Positions 27,681 to 38,580 of a DNA stretch of 64,000 nt are shown piece after piece (within the stretch, counting starts at the first letter, position 1; each line of letters begins with the position of its first letter). This DNA comes from Candidatus Kapaibacterium sp. (GTDB lineage Bacteria; Bacteroidota; Ignavibacteria; Kapaibacteriales; UBA2268), in NCBI GenBank assembly GCA_963665665.1, contig OY762428.1, positions 3,136,001 to 3,200,000 of the forward strand, in the 5' to 3' direction. The notes under the pieces were generated by a model that worked only from the letters and a program-made list of their open reading frames with translations, did not search any database and was not told where the DNA came from. The position numbers were made by a program, and so were the translations under genes.

Positions 27681-28429
27681 TGAAAAGATTAATCTGCATA
27701 TTATTTTTCTTAATTGTTCCGCCGCTACTGAACGCGCAGGGATTTGACTGGCAATATTCATCAAGGCTTCCTGCCGAACAACCTGATATATTCGTTGGAA
27801 TAGGAGTATCTTACGGCTTAGATGAGCACTATGGAAGCTTTTCGTTTTTCGAGGATTATTTCTGCGGAAAATACGAGAACGGAAACGGTAATGGTATTGC
27901 TATTGATTTGAATATTGAAAAATGGATTGGTGAAAATACTGCGATATTTATTGAAGCCGGATGGAGGAAACTGACTGCTGATTTCATCAGCCGACAGGTT
28001 TATGAAATGATAGATGAACCTCTGATTACAGAATACGCATATAACAGCAGTATTTCGGTTGTAAGGATCAATCCCGGGATAAGATACCGGCTGTTTGATT
28101 CAAAATTGTCTGTAGGTGCAATTTTAGGTATTGAATATTTTATTAGTGAATCTTCTGATTTTAGTGAAAAAGTCATATCGCCGGATTGGTATCATTTTGA
28201 CACCGATCCGCCAAGCCAGGAAAGGGTTCTTACAGCCGGCAGGCTGAAAGGATTCAGCTCGATTATAGTTAATCCCGCATTGCAGCTTGCATACGGCCTG
28301 AACCTGGGGCGTGGAAAATATGCAACGCCTTACTTCAGGGCCGAATTCCCAATCAACAGTTTTATTTCCGGTGAAGATTGGAGGCGATATTCATTAACTT
28401 TTGGAATTTCTGTTAAATTCGGGCTCTGA
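27680..28429 (+). CDS. Outer-membrane beta-barrel protein
   Basis: Signal peptide, amphipathic strands and terminal LTFGISVKFGL; translationally coupled (TAATG) to the upstream gene. Confidence 0.7.
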   Translation: MKRLICILFFLIVPPLLNAQGFDWQYSSRLPAEQPDIFVGIGVSYGLDEHYGSFSFFEDYFCGKYENGNGNGIAIDLNIEKWIGENTAIFIEAGWRKLTADFISRQVYEMIDEPLITEYAYNSSISVVRINPGIRYRLFDSKLSVGAILGIEYFISESSDFSEKVISPDWYHFDTDPPSQERVLTAGRLKGFSSIIVNPALQLAYGLNLGRGKYATPYFRAEFPINSFISGEDWRRYSLTFGISVKFGL

Positions 28430-28453
28430 GCTTTATTAAAGCAGGCCGGGATT

Positions 28454-30943
28454 TTAATAATTCATTGAAGCAGAAACCGATATGCCGAATTTTCCTGAGG
28501 CGAGATTTCCTATGCCCCACCTTGTATCAACCGACATATAAAACACATTGCTTATAAACATTGGTATCCTGGCCAGGCTGAAACCTGTTTCGATGTAATA
28601 ATCAGAAAAATCAGGGACATAAAAAATTCCTTTGTCGTAGGAAAATGAACCGGCGCTTAAAGCAAGTATAAAATCGATACCGCGTCCCTTATATAGCGGA
28701 AGCCCGCATATTCTCCAAAGGTAATCGGCAGTATTGTACCTGATGTGGACAGTTCTGAAATCCGTACCGCCGTAAGTTCCGTCGGGGGCGGATGTAAAAT
28801 GCCCGAATTTCGAAATGATGGATAAGTCTGTTCTCATCCGGAATTGATACTGAACAGGAGTTTCGGGCGAAGCATTTCCTTCGTGAATAAGAATCTCAAG
28901 GTTGAGAGGTGCAAAGCCATAATTAAAAGTAGGGATCAGCAGGTATAGTTTGCCTTCAATAATTCTGAATCTGCTACTGTGGTCGTTTTCTCCATAGGTG
29001 AATTCCAGTGAGAAATCAGAATGAAATTTCCCGGGAATGAAGAATATATCATTCTGAATCAATCGCAAGCCTGTAGTTATTGTTTTGTATTCACCCTGGT
29101 TGATATCAGGGTTGTCGCGCCATGTTTCCGAACTCAGTATAGAATTGTTTGTTTTCTTTTTCAGAGTGAAATGATTCGATTTCTCGAAGCGGCTGAAAAC
29201 ATTCACACGTTTGTATCCTGCATTAAAGCCAATATTCCATCCGTCCTTACGGAAATAATCATAATAGTCTTTGTGGCGAAGCAGGGCAACAACAGAATTC
29301 AGAAAGCGTGAATAAGATCTTTCTGTTGTCATAATATCGTCGGTTGAAAATATTCTTGATGACATTTCCAGAAAGAAATTGTCGGAATTATACAGGCCTT
29401 TCCTGAATTCTATATCGGCAAAAAATCTTTTCTGGCCAAAGCTCCAGTATAAATTGGAATTAACGAGCATAATGTCGCCAATATTGAATTTTTGCCTGAT
29501 GCCCGAGCTAACACTGACTACCCTGTTGAAATCAAAATATGGATAAACGTGATAGCCAATTTCATCTTTCTGATTTTTCGTGTATTTAATTTTTTTTGCC
29601 TGGCTTAAAATAGCAATTTCCTGCTCATCAAGCCCTGCAAGTGAATTTCTTTCCCAGAAATCATCCGAAAGAGTATCAATACTTACTGTGTCCCGTATGA
29701 ATTGATCTTCTGCAAATATTTCCTCCGGGATCTTGCTATTCGAAATTGCATGAACCATGATATTATCAAGTTTGATATCAGTTCTGATTTTAAAATAATC
29801 TGTTAGAAACCTTACATCTGCCCCGGCCCTGAAGGTTGTATATACCGGAACGCTGATTCCCGGTTCAACCTCCGAGAGTTTCATGAATATCCTGAAATCA
29901 TCGAAAAGTGTAATTTTTGTTGATTTTGAAAGTTGTATATCTATTTCCCGAACAATATAATCATCTTCTGTAACTATGAAATTACCTTTGAAGCCCGGAT
30001 GCATTTTTGATAAGGGAGCAAACTCTATTTCAATATAATCGCGCCCACTGCTGGAATATGCCTTGGTAATAATATATTTGTAATATTCAAGTGCATTGTC
30101 TGCGAGGGGTGAAGGTATCTCGAGATTAAGGATTTTAACCTTATCATTATAGAAATTCAGTAATCCGTCTATCTCGCTCAGGTATTTATCCGGCTGAAAG
30201 TCGGCAGCCTGCCTTTTATAGATAATATCAAGAAAGGTTCTGTCATCAGAGGAACGATAGTAAATGTTCGAAAAAGACTCAATAAGATAATTCTTTTTAT
30301 AATCCTCCGGTAATATCGATCTTGGGCGGGTGATTTTGTAGTTGCTGCCGCTGGCATTGACTATCCCCCAGACAGTTCCGTCCAGATTAATTGAGAACTT
30401 AGTGTAAACCAGTCCCTGAAGTGTTTTCATCAATTTAAATTGATTATTCTTTTTTCTGATGATTCCCGTAATAACCGAATCGGGGTGATACTTTGCAGAG
30501 CCGTCATATTTTAGCGGGGCTTTTACATCAGGAAGTAATTTTATATCATAAACAGAATCAGATTCCGCAAATTCAATATATGCATCCCAAAAACCGATTG
30601 CCCTTATTTGTAGCCGCCCGGACTTATCAGGGAAAGGCAGCCTGTAATATCCATCGCTTGTGGAATAAGTTCTCAGGCCATTTGATAAACATAATACTTC
30701 AGCTCCTCGAACTGGTTTGCCGGTATTAGAATTAAAAATTTTTCCACCTATTACAGAGGCATGAGAATATCCGGCAATATAAAAAAATAGGATTAAGGAT
30801 TGTATAAGCAGGTATACGGGTTGGTGAATGCGAATATTCCTTGAATGTTTCCCAACCCGAATTAACTCAGGTACGGGAATTATTAGTTTTTTACTGCTTA
30901 TTCTTTTCTCCACAACTATCTTCCGGCCAATTTCATCATTCAA
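28454..30943 (-). CDS. Carboxypeptidase-regulatory-like domain + DUF5686 family outer-membrane protein (start uncertain)
   Basis: GKIFNSNTGKPVRGA...STSDGYY...AIGF, IPSPLADNALEYYKY, FWERN, DYYDYF and YYIETGF. Confidence 0.78.
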   Translation of the reverse strand: MNDEIGRKIVVEKRISSKKLIIPVPELIRVGKHSRNIRIHQPVYLLIQSLILFFYIAGYSHASVIGGKIFNSNTGKPVRGAEVLCLSNGLRTYSTSDGYYRLPFPDKSGRLQIRAIGFWDAYIEFAESDSVYDIKLLPDVKAPLKYDGSAKYHPDSVITGIIRKKNNQFKLMKTLQGLVYTKFSINLDGTVWGIVNASGSNYKITRPRSILPEDYKKNYLIESFSNIYYRSSDDRTFLDIIYKRQAADFQPDKYLSEIDGLLNFYNDKVKILNLEIPSPLADNALEYYKYIITKAYSSSGRDYIEIEFAPLSKMHPGFKGNFIVTEDDYIVREIDIQLSKSTKITLFDDFRIFMKLSEVEPGISVPVYTTFRAGADVRFLTDYFKIRTDIKLDNIMVHAISNSKIPEEIFAEDQFIRDTVSIDTLSDDFWERNSLAGLDEQEIAILSQAKKIKYTKNQKDEIGYHVYPYFDFNRVVSVSSGIRQKFNIGDIMLVNSNLYWSFGQKRFFADIEFRKGLYNSDNFFLEMSSRIFSTDDIMTTERSYSRFLNSVVALLRHKDYYDYFRKDGWNIGFNAGYKRVNVFSRFEKSNHFTLKKKTNNSILSSETWRDNPDINQGEYKTITTGLRLIQNDIFFIPGKFHSDFSLEFTYGENDHSSRFRIIEGKLYLLIPTFNYGFAPLNLEILIHEGNASPETPVQYQFRMRTDLSIISKFGHFTSAPDGTYGGTDFRTVHIRYNTADYLWRICGLPLYKGRGIDFILALSAGSFSYDKGIFYVPDFSDYYIETGFSLARIPMFISNVFYMSVDTRWGIGNLASGKFGISVSASMNY

Positions 30944-30991
30944 AGATTTCGTTCTGATGATTTGTTATACAATATAATAGCAAAGCGAAAG

Positions 30992-31498
30992 TTATTCCTC
31001 GGCGGGCCTTACAAATAATTCATCCACTTTGAAAGACTTCGCCATTTTTTTCATCTCATTCCGGCTCATATATTTCATAACCATGAACATGAAAGTTGCT
31101 TTGGCATAAGGGATTTTCATGTATAGCATAGTATACGGGAATTTTGAATCAGAAGTCATGTAAACAGACCTGAAACCATCAATATTGAATGGATCGGATT
31201 TATCCATATTCTTAATATGTTTCAGGTTGTTAAAATCAATTATATCAGCAATTTTTATTTTCAGTTTACCTTCCTTGCCGGCAAGTGAAGCCGAGTACAT
31301 GAAGAATTTTGTACCTTTTGCGCCTTCAGTGTCAAAATCAACAGGTTTGAATCCAACAGGATGATTGTCCTTAATCCACTGTTTAAAATCTTGAAATGAA
31401 AGTTTTTCTGAAAAATGATTAACGGCAAAAGCCGTAGACAAAGCTATAAGAAATAACGGGAACAAAATAATTTTTTTCAACACAATAAACCTGTACAA
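30992..31498 (-). CDS. Hypothetical secreted protein
   Basis: KKIILFPLFLIALSTAFA signal peptide; the true start may be a few codons downstream. Confidence 0.6.
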   Translation of the reverse strand: MYRFIVLKKIILFPLFLIALSTAFAVNHFSEKLSFQDFKQWIKDNHPVGFKPVDFDTEGAKGTKFFMYSASLAGKEGKLKIKIADIIDFNNLKHIKNMDKSDPFNIDGFRSVYMTSDSKFPYTMLYMKIPYAKATFMFMVMKYMSRNEMKKMAKSFKVDELFVRPAEE

Positions 31499-31501
31499 TC
31501 A

Positions 31502-32128
31502 TCAGTTAGTAAAATTCTTATCCACAATAGTAAGCCTTCCGGGGTATGAAATCATTCCCAGGCTGGTTTTTACAGTTGGTTTGGCATCAAGTTTCAGCCT
31601 GGCAGCACTGCCGTCAATACCGCCCAGGGCAAGTGCCAGATTAACAATACCATCGTAACCTTTGTTGCCAAAAAACTGAAACAGGTCCAGCCCGACGCTT
31701 AGCGGGATAATCTCTTTCTGGCCCGTCCCGGGAATTACGAATTCACGTCCGATATCACCATGAACTGTTTCAACTTCGTCAATATATAATTTCCAGTCGA
31801 AACCTGTAACGGTGGCAGGGGTTGATTTTGTGTTTTTCCCGCCGGTGTTCGGATTTTTGGCAGCAACATTAAGCATGAAGTCAGCCGGTAATTTTTTGCT
31901 TGTAAAAGATTTTGTCAGGCCAAGTCCGTCTGTTATCGAAAAGTCTGAAATATTTTTCTTTTTGTCTAAATTAATTCCTGCCAGCCTAAAATCCGAGACT
32001 CCGTCGAGCTTAAATTCAAGCCTTTGCAGGTTAGTTACGGCGTCGGCAATTTGTTTTAAGGTTTTGCAGCCGAAAAATACGGCAAAGGAAAGAAAGCTGA
32101 TGATAACGATTAAACTGATTTTCTTCAT
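31502..32128 (-). CDS. LEA type 2 (WHy) domain lipoprotein
   Basis: Lipobox FFGC; FRLAGI, LNVAAKNPN and FDWKLYID. Confidence 0.75.
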   Translation of the reverse strand: MKKISLIVIISFLSFAVFFGCKTLKQIADAVTNLQRLEFKLDGVSDFRLAGINLDKKKNISDFSITDGLGLTKSFTSKKLPADFMLNVAAKNPNTGGKNTKSTPATVTGFDWKLYIDEVETVHGDIGREFVIPGTGQKEIIPLSVGLDLFQFFGNKGYDGIVNLALALGGIDGSAARLKLDAKPTVKTSLGMISYPGRLTIVDKNFTN

Positions 32129-32213
32129 GATAATAACCGGTAATGTTAAAAAACGAATTAGATTTAAAGAAGAATATCCTAAAAAAATATTATAAACCTT
32201 CTAAATACAAAAA

Positions 32214-32245
32214 AATACAAGAACCCGTCTCGGGGTTCTTGTATT
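32214..32245 (-). terminator. Rho-independent terminator
   Basis: AATACAAGAACCC-GTCTCG-GGGTTCTTGTATT downstream of the response regulator, with an A-run on its left. Confidence 0.65.
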
Positions 32246-32263
32246 AACATTTTTAGTCATTGA

Positions 32264-32746
32264 TTATTCCAGGCCGGCTTCGCTTACCACCTCATCAACT
32301 GATTTACCGGCATATTCGCCATTAAGAGCCTTTTCGAGTATTTCTCTCAGGGCTTTTGCTTTTTGGTTGCCAATATTTAATGTAGAAAGAAGTTTAACTT
32401 TTGCAATCAATAATTTTTCCTCAATAGGTTTGCTCAGAAAATCATCAGCACCTGCTTCGATCGATTTTAATTGATTGGCCACATCATTAAGAGCTGTAAC
32501 AATCACAACTGGTATATGCTGAGTTTCTTCATTACTTTTCAACCTTTTTACCGTTTCATAACCATCCAGACGCGGCATCATAACATCAAGCACAATGGCA
32601 TCGGGATGCTTTTCGTCAACTTTTTCCAGGCATTCGATGCCGTCATAGGCTTCAACAGCATCATACCCGTTTGCTTCAAGGTATCTCCTGAGAAGCTTTG
32701 TTGTTATCCTGTTGTCATCAACTACCAGTATATAGGGCTTTTTCAT
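32264..32746 (-). CDS. Response regulator (receiver domain plus short tail)
   Basis: ILVVDD, LDVMMPRLDG, VTAL and GADDFLSKP. Confidence 0.92.
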   Translation of the reverse strand: MKKPYILVVDDNRITTKLLRRYLEANGYDAVEAYDGIECLEKVDEKHPDAIVLDVMMPRLDGYETVKRLKSNEETQHIPVVIVTALNDVANQLKSIEAGADDFLSKPIEEKLLIAKVKLLSTLNIGNQKAKALREILEKALNGEYAGKSVDEVVSEAGLE

Positions 32747-33600
32747 AAAAAAATTCCTTTTGACATATTTTATTTATTTTTCAATTAATAGTTCTTCATT
32801 ATGTTGAAATCGTAATATTTTCCAAAAAGAAGATAATAATAAATCACATTATTCACAAATTTATTATCAGAGTAACGGTTAAATAACAGAAATATTCTTG
32901 TATTTACAAATTCATTTTAAATATATCGCCTTCAGATTAATGATTTTCTTAAAAAGAATCCAACATCCTGACGGAAGCAACCAGACAGCAAACGAATAAA
33001 AAAATTTTCTGCTAATTCCTGTGAATCCAATTTTCAATTGTCCAATAAATATATTACAATTTTCTGAACAAATAAAAAAACACTTTTTAAAAACTAAATA
33101 TTTTTATTTAATGGACAAATTCAGAGGGATGAAATAATAATTAATATTACCTGATCTAAATATTTTGTTTTTGAATATTTGTTTTTAGAAAAGCATAGCA
33201 AAATTGCTTTAAATTAAGGCTTTTGCTTAAAGCTGCTTTACCGGGCGGGGCCGTGATAAAGTTTACACGATTATTATTCTATTGATATAAAAAATTGCTG
33301 AAATATTATTTATGCCGGAAGTTATTTAATTTGGCTTTAAAAAACTCTTCGATAAAGAAATATAAAAACGAACACACTAAATATATGATATAATATGTGA
33401 TTACAAAATATTTGGTTTTGTGCGATATTTGACTTATTTTGAAACAATAAGCTGATTATTGACTTTTTGGGGGCTTATCCTATAAATCAAAAACAATTAA
33501 ATTGAAAATATTCAGATAACACGATCACATAACTTTCTCTGTTTAAGTTATTTAACAATAAACTATAACTATAGTTCCACAATTTTTTCAGGTAATCCAT

Positions 33601-34998
33601 ATGAGTACACGCATTGAAAAAGATTCGATGGGCGAAATTGAAGTTCCGTCCGATGTTTATTGGGGTGCGCAATCAGCGCGTTCATTAATTCATTTTGAAA
33701 TTGGTATCGAAAAAATGCCGCGTCCCGTTATCCGGGGAATGGGAATATTGAAGAAAGCCTGCGCCATGGCAAATAAGGAACTTGGTATGCTTCCCGCAGA
33801 AAAGGCCGACCTTATCATCAAAGCAGCCGATGAAGTTATTGAAGGCAAGCTTGATACTCATTTCCCGCTTTCAATATGGCAAACAGGCTCAGGAACCCAG
33901 TCCAATATGAACTCCAACGAGGTTATTGCCAACCGTGCTATTGAAATGGCCGGCGGAGTAATGGGAAGTAAAGAACCAATCCATCCCAATGACCATGTAA
34001 ACAAATCCCAGTCATCGAATGATACTTTCCCTACCGCTATGCATATTGCTGCTGCCGAGGAACTTGTTAATCACCTGCTGCCGAATGTAAAAGCTCTCAG
34101 GGATACTTTTAAAAAGAAATCAGATGAATTCAAAGATATTATCAAAGTTGGGCGTACACACCTGATGGATGCTGTTCCTCTTTCACTCGGGCAGGAATTC
34201 TCAGGCTACGTGCAGCAGCTTGATATGGCAATAAACAGGGTAGAACTTGTGCTTCCGGGTATTTATGAAATAGCACTCGGCGGAACTGCTGTGGGCACAG
34301 GCCTTAATGCGCACCCGGATTTTGCTGTAACAGCCGCTGCCAAGATATCCGAAATTACCGGCCTGAACTTTGTAAGCGCTCCGAATAAATTCGAAGCTCT
34401 CGCATCGCACGATGCACTGGTGTTTGCACACGGGGCAATGAAAACACTGGCAGCCTCGCTAATGAAAATTGCAAATGATGTTCGCTGGCTGGCTTCCGGC
34501 CCTCGTTGCGGATTCGGAGAGCTGTCAATTCCTGCAAACGAACCCGGATCGTCAATCATGCCCGGTAAAGTTAATCCCACTCAGTCTGAAGCTATGACAA
34601 TGGTTGCAGTTCAGGTAATGGGTAATGATGCTGCAATTAATTTTGGCGGAGCATCGGGGAACTTCGAATTGAATGTTTATAAACCGGTGATTATTTATAA
34701 TTTCCTTCAGAGTGTAAGGCTGCTTGGTGATACATGCCGTATGTTCAATATTCATTGTGCAGAAGGAATCGAGCCGCTTAAAGAGAAAATCCAGTACTTC
34801 CTGGAAAATACTCTTATGCTTGTAACCGCGCTAAACCCGCACATTGGTTATGATAATGCTGCAAAAATTGCCAAACATGCACATAAAAACGGTTCTACGC
34901 TTAAAGAAGCCGCGATTGAACTTGGTATCCTGACAGCGGAAGAGTTTGACCAGAAAGTTAAACCCTCGGAAATGTTAGGCCCAAAAGCAAAAAAATAG
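33601..34998 (+). CDS. fumC: Class II fumarate hydratase
   Basis: [43 protein letters not shown] and [15 protein letters not shown]. Confidence 0.97.
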   Translation: MSTRIEKDSMGEIEVPSDVYWGAQSARSLIHFEIGIEKMPRPVIRGMGILKKACAMANKELGMLPAEKADLIIKAADEVIEGKLDTHFPLSIWQTGSGTQSNMNSNEVIANRAIEMAGGVMGSKEPIHPNDHVNKSQSSNDTFPTAMHIAAAEELVNHLLPNVKALRDTFKKKSDEFKDIIKVGRTHLMDAVPLSLGQEFSGYVQQLDMAINRVELVLPGIYEIALGGTAVGTGLNAHPDFAVTAAAKISEITGLNFVSAPNKFEALASHDALVFAHGAMKTLAASLMKIANDVRWLASGPRCGFGELSIPANEPGSSIMPGKVNPTQSEAMTMVAVQVMGNDAAINFGGASGNFELNVYKPVIIYNFLQSVRLLGDTCRMFNIHCAEGIEPLKEKIQYFLENTLMLVTALNPHIGYDNAAKIAKHAHKNGSTLKEAAIELGILTAEEFDQKVKPSEMLGPKAKK

Positions 34999-35021
34999 AT
35001 TATTAATAATTTATTTCCATT

Positions 35022-35051
35022 ATATCCCCTCCATTACGGAGGGGATATTTT
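35022..35051 (+). terminator. Rho-independent terminator
   Basis: ATATCCCCTCC-ATTAC-GGAGGGGATATTTT after fumC. Confidence 0.75.
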
Positions 35052-35179
35052 ATTATGTTTATGCGCTTAAGATATCCTTACTTGATAACAACAAACCAAA
35101 AATTAGAAGAACAACAGCGCTAAATATTATATCGTAATTATCTCAACTTTTACCACATCAATATATTTGGTCTATAAAA

Positions 35180-35279
35180 TATTATCATGTCTGACCTCCC
35201 CAAACCCCTCCGAAGGAGGGGCTTACTGCTATTATCATGTCTGACCTACCCAAACCCCTCCGAAGGAGGGGCTTACTGC
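35180..35279. repeat. Two 50-bp direct tandem repeats containing a CCCCTCCGAAGGAGGGG hairpin (REP-like)
   Basis: TATTATCATGTCTGACCT(C/A)CCCAAACCCCTCCGAAGGAGGGGCTTACTGC occurs twice with one mismatch. A degenerate relative lies near 3433-3465. Confidence 0.85.
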
Positions 35280-35619
35280 AAGACCTTAGTATGGGATAGG
35301 TCTGAAAGTGAATTGGAATAAACAAAAAACCTGACTTTAAAAAAATTACGTTGATACCGGATAATATCTGAACTTTTTATAGACATTGTCTGAAATAAAT
35401 TATAACAACTTGTATATTAGCAATTTGTTACAAATAATTGTTTTTGAATATGTTCAAGGCTATATTAAATTTATTACAATATAAAATAACATTTAAAATC
35501 TGATCTAATATCAGTTTAGTTAAAGGAATAATTACTGAGATTTCAACTTTTCTTCTTATATTATAATTCTTTAAAATATAGAAATTATATTGATTTGTTT
35601 GAAATATTGCAGGTATAAG

Positions 35620-37296
35620 ATGAAAAACGTTAAATTTTTAATTATCACTCTATTAGCATCTTTTGTTCTTTTCTCTTGCGGCAAAGGAGAAGATAAACCG
35701 GCGGAGGACACTAAAATGAACGAACAGACAGAATTACTAAAAGAAAGAGTCGGAATTTATGCCCCGACCAAAATATCAGCTGATATATCATATTTAACTG
35801 ACAATCAGAAGAAGGTTATTGATCTGCTTGTAAAAGCAGCCAAGCTTGCTGATGAAGTATTCTGGAAACAGACAGGTATTGATGCTATTCCGCTAAGGGA
35901 TTCTCTTGCTGCATTGGACACAGAGAATGCTAAAGTTGCTCTTGAGTTCGTAAAGATAAACTATGGCCCTTACGATCTTCTTGAAGAAGGGAAGAGAATG
36001 CTTGGTAACGGCCCGGAGAAAAAACCGGCAGTAGCGAACTTCTATCCGCAGGATATGACAAAAACTGAATTCGAAAACTACGTTGTTGAACATCCGGAAC
36101 AAAAAGATGCTCTGGAAAGCTACTATACCATCGTCCGCCGTGACGGAGAAAAATTGAAAGCTATTCCTTATCATCAGGCTTATCCGGAACAAATGCAGAT
36201 AGCTGAACTTCTGGACGAAGCATCAGAGTTCGCAGAAAATCCTACATTGAAAAATTATCTTGTTGAAAAAGCAATTAGCCTGCGCCATGATACTTATTTT
36301 GCAAGCGATATGGCCTGGATGGAAATTGCCGACAATGATATTGATGTGATTATAGGCCCGACCGAAAATTACGAAGATGCACTTTTCAACTATAAAACTG
36401 CTTATGAAGCTGTAGTATTTGTTCGCGACAGGGAAGCATCGAAAGAATTGCAGATGTTCAAAGGCCATATTGATGAATTTGAAAAACGCCTGCCTTCCGA
36501 AAAGAAATATATTCGTGAATCAGTTGGCGGTGGAAATCACATACTGAATATTGTAAATGTATTATATTTTGCCGGTGATTGCCAGGCCGGATCAAAAACA
36601 ATCGCCTGCAACCTGCCAAACGATCCTGAAGTCAGGAAAGTAAAAGGCGGCAAGAACACTATGTACAAGAATATGATGGAAGCAAAATTTGATAAAATCG
36701 TTATTCCTATCGGCCAGGAAATTCTTGCACCGGAAATTGCAGGTAATGTTGATAAAAAAGCTTTTATGAGCTTTGTTACATTGCATGAGATTTCCCATAC
36801 GCTTGGTCGCGATTATGTTTATGGAAACGATGAATTATCAGTAAGAAAAGCTTTAATGGAAAGATATTCGGCAATTGAAGAATGCAAGGCGGATATCGTT
36901 TCGATGTGCAATCACAAAAACCTGATTGATATGGGTGTATGGACGGAAGAATATGGCAAAAAAGCCATGGCTACGTATATTGCCGGCCTTTACCGCTCGC
37001 TTCGTTTCGGAGCTGAAGAAGCTCATGGCAAAGCAAATATTATTCAGCTTAACTTCCTGCGTGATAAAGGAGCTATCACTGTTGATGAGAACGGTAAATT
37101 TAACGTGAACGAAGAAATTTTCTTCGACAAATGCCGTGAACTGGCTAAACTTGTTCTTGAAATTGAAGCCAGAGGTGATTACGAAGCTGCCGGTAAAGTT
37201 CTTGCAGAATACGGGCAGATCAATGACGAGATAAAATCAAACATTGATAAGCTGAAAGGTATTCCGAGGGATTTAAACACAACTTATGAATATTGA
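35620..37296 (+). CDS. Peptidase M49 / dipeptidyl peptidase III-like lipoprotein
   Basis: Lipobox LFSC; INYGPYD, ANFYPQDM, IGPTENYED, NLPND, LHEISH and EECKAD. Confidence 0.88.
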   Translation: MKNVKFLIITLLASFVLFSCGKGEDKPAEDTKMNEQTELLKERVGIYAPTKISADISYLTDNQKKVIDLLVKAAKLADEVFWKQTGIDAIPLRDSLAALDTENAKVALEFVKINYGPYDLLEEGKRMLGNGPEKKPAVANFYPQDMTKTEFENYVVEHPEQKDALESYYTIVRRDGEKLKAIPYHQAYPEQMQIAELLDEASEFAENPTLKNYLVEKAISLRHDTYFASDMAWMEIADNDIDVIIGPTENYEDALFNYKTAYEAVVFVRDREASKELQMFKGHIDEFEKRLPSEKKYIRESVGGGNHILNIVNVLYFAGDCQAGSKTIACNLPNDPEVRKVKGGKNTMYKNMMEAKFDKIVIPIGQEILAPEIAGNVDKKAFMSFVTLHEISHTLGRDYVYGNDELSVRKALMERYSAIEECKADIVSMCNHKNLIDMGVWTEEYGKKAMATYIAGLYRSLRFGAEEAHGKANIIQLNFLRDKGAITVDENGKFNVNEEIFFDKCRELAKLVLEIEARGDYEAAGKVLAEYGQINDEIKSNIDKLKGIPRDLNTTYEY

Positions 37297-37389
37297 AATT
37301 ACAATGACAAAAACATTTAAATTATTTATTTTGATTTGTTGCCAACAGGCAACATTGAAGTATGAGGTAAAAAATAATAAGGAGAAACG

Positions 37390-38463
37390 ATGTCTCAGTT
37401 TAAAATAACAAAAGCGACCGATACGCGGATAAATGATATTGATTACAATAATCTCGGCTTTGGAAAATATTTTTCCGATCACATGTTCGTTACAAAATTC
37501 TCGGATGGTAAATGGGATGAAGGTGAAATAAAGCCCTACGGTAAGATTGAAATAGAACCGGCAATGTGCACTTTGCATTATGGCCAGGCTTTGTTCGAAG
37601 GGCTTAAAGCATTCAGATCTGCAAAAGGAGGGGTTAATCTTTTCCGGCCCGAGAAAAATGGCGAAAGAATGAACAATTCCGCTGAAAGGATTTGCATTCC
37701 AACCTATGATATTGATACAATGATCGATGCAATATCCGAACTCGTAAAAATCGATATCAATTTCATCCCAAAGGAACGGGGCCATTCACTGTACATACGT
37801 CCTGTTATGTTTGGTGACGGCAATTTTCTTGGTGTTCATGCCAGTGACACTTACCAATTGATAATTATGACCGGCCCGGTATCTTCCTATTATCCGGAAG
37901 GTATTAAGCCGGTGAAAATCATGGTTTGCGATGAATATGTACGCGCAGCAAAAGGCGGAACCGGGTATGCAAAAGTTGCCGGAAATTATGCAGCTTCTCT
38001 GCTTGCCGGCAAAAAAGCCCAGGCTGCGGGATTTTCTCAGGTACTTTGGCTTGATGCTATTCACAGGGAGTATGTGGATGAAGTCGGCGCCATGAACATA
38101 ATGTTCGTTATTGGAGATGAACTTATTACTCCGACACTTGAAAACGGAACAATACTTCCCGGCGTTACAAGGAATTCGGTGCTTACACTTGCAAAAGAGT
38201 GGGGTATGAAGGTAAGCGAAAGGCCTTTGAGCATTAACGAAATTACCTCAGCTTCTTCTGACGGCACTCTGAAGGAATGCTTCGGAACAGGAACTGCTGC
38301 CGTGATTTCTCCTGTTGGGCTGCTGAATTACAAAGGCGAAGAGATAATTGTTAATAATCAGGAAATTGGCCCGGTAGCACAAAAACTTTACGATACGCTT
38401 ACCGGCGTTCAGTATGGCGAAATTGAAGATACCCGAGGCTGGATAACTCATATTGACGTATAA
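37390..38463 (+). CDS. ilvE: Branched-chain amino acid aminotransferase
   Basis: GFGKYFSDHMF, LHYGQALFEGLKA, SLYIRP, GGTGYAKVAGNYA, EVGAMN, ILPGVTR and GTGTAAVISPVG. Confidence 0.96.
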   Translation: MSQFKITKATDTRINDIDYNNLGFGKYFSDHMFVTKFSDGKWDEGEIKPYGKIEIEPAMCTLHYGQALFEGLKAFRSAKGGVNLFRPEKNGERMNNSAERICIPTYDIDTMIDAISELVKIDINFIPKERGHSLYIRPVMFGDGNFLGVHASDTYQLIIMTGPVSSYYPEGIKPVKIMVCDEYVRAAKGGTGYAKVAGNYAASLLAGKKAQAAGFSQVLWLDAIHREYVDEVGAMNIMFVIGDELITPTLENGTILPGVTRNSVLTLAKEWGMKVSERPLSINEITSASSDGTLKECFGTGTAAVISPVGLLNYKGEEIIVNNQEIGPVAQKLYDTLTGVQYGEIEDTRGWITHIDV

Positions 38464-38488
38464 TTCCAGTTTATTTTTTATTTTTAAT

Positions 38489-38518
38489 AAGCCGGGTTTT
38501 AAAATCCGGCTTTTTTTT
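38489..38518 (+). terminator. Rho-independent terminator
   Basis: AAGCCGGGTTTT-AAAATCCGGCTTTTTTTT. Confidence 0.75.
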
Positions 38519-38580
38519 ATTTTTTTTAAATATTTTTTTTTATATTCTTTAAAAGTAACCATCAACCTCACGGGTTAATT

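Noticed and set aside
32750-33600. Long AT-rich intergenic region as a replication origin or ncRNA
   Set aside because: No clustered DnaA boxes or convincing structured RNA seen; it is compatible with divergent promoters for the response regulator and fumC.
35180-35279. Possible CRISPR array
   Set aside because: Only two directly adjacent 50-bp copies, with no unique spacers and no cas genes.
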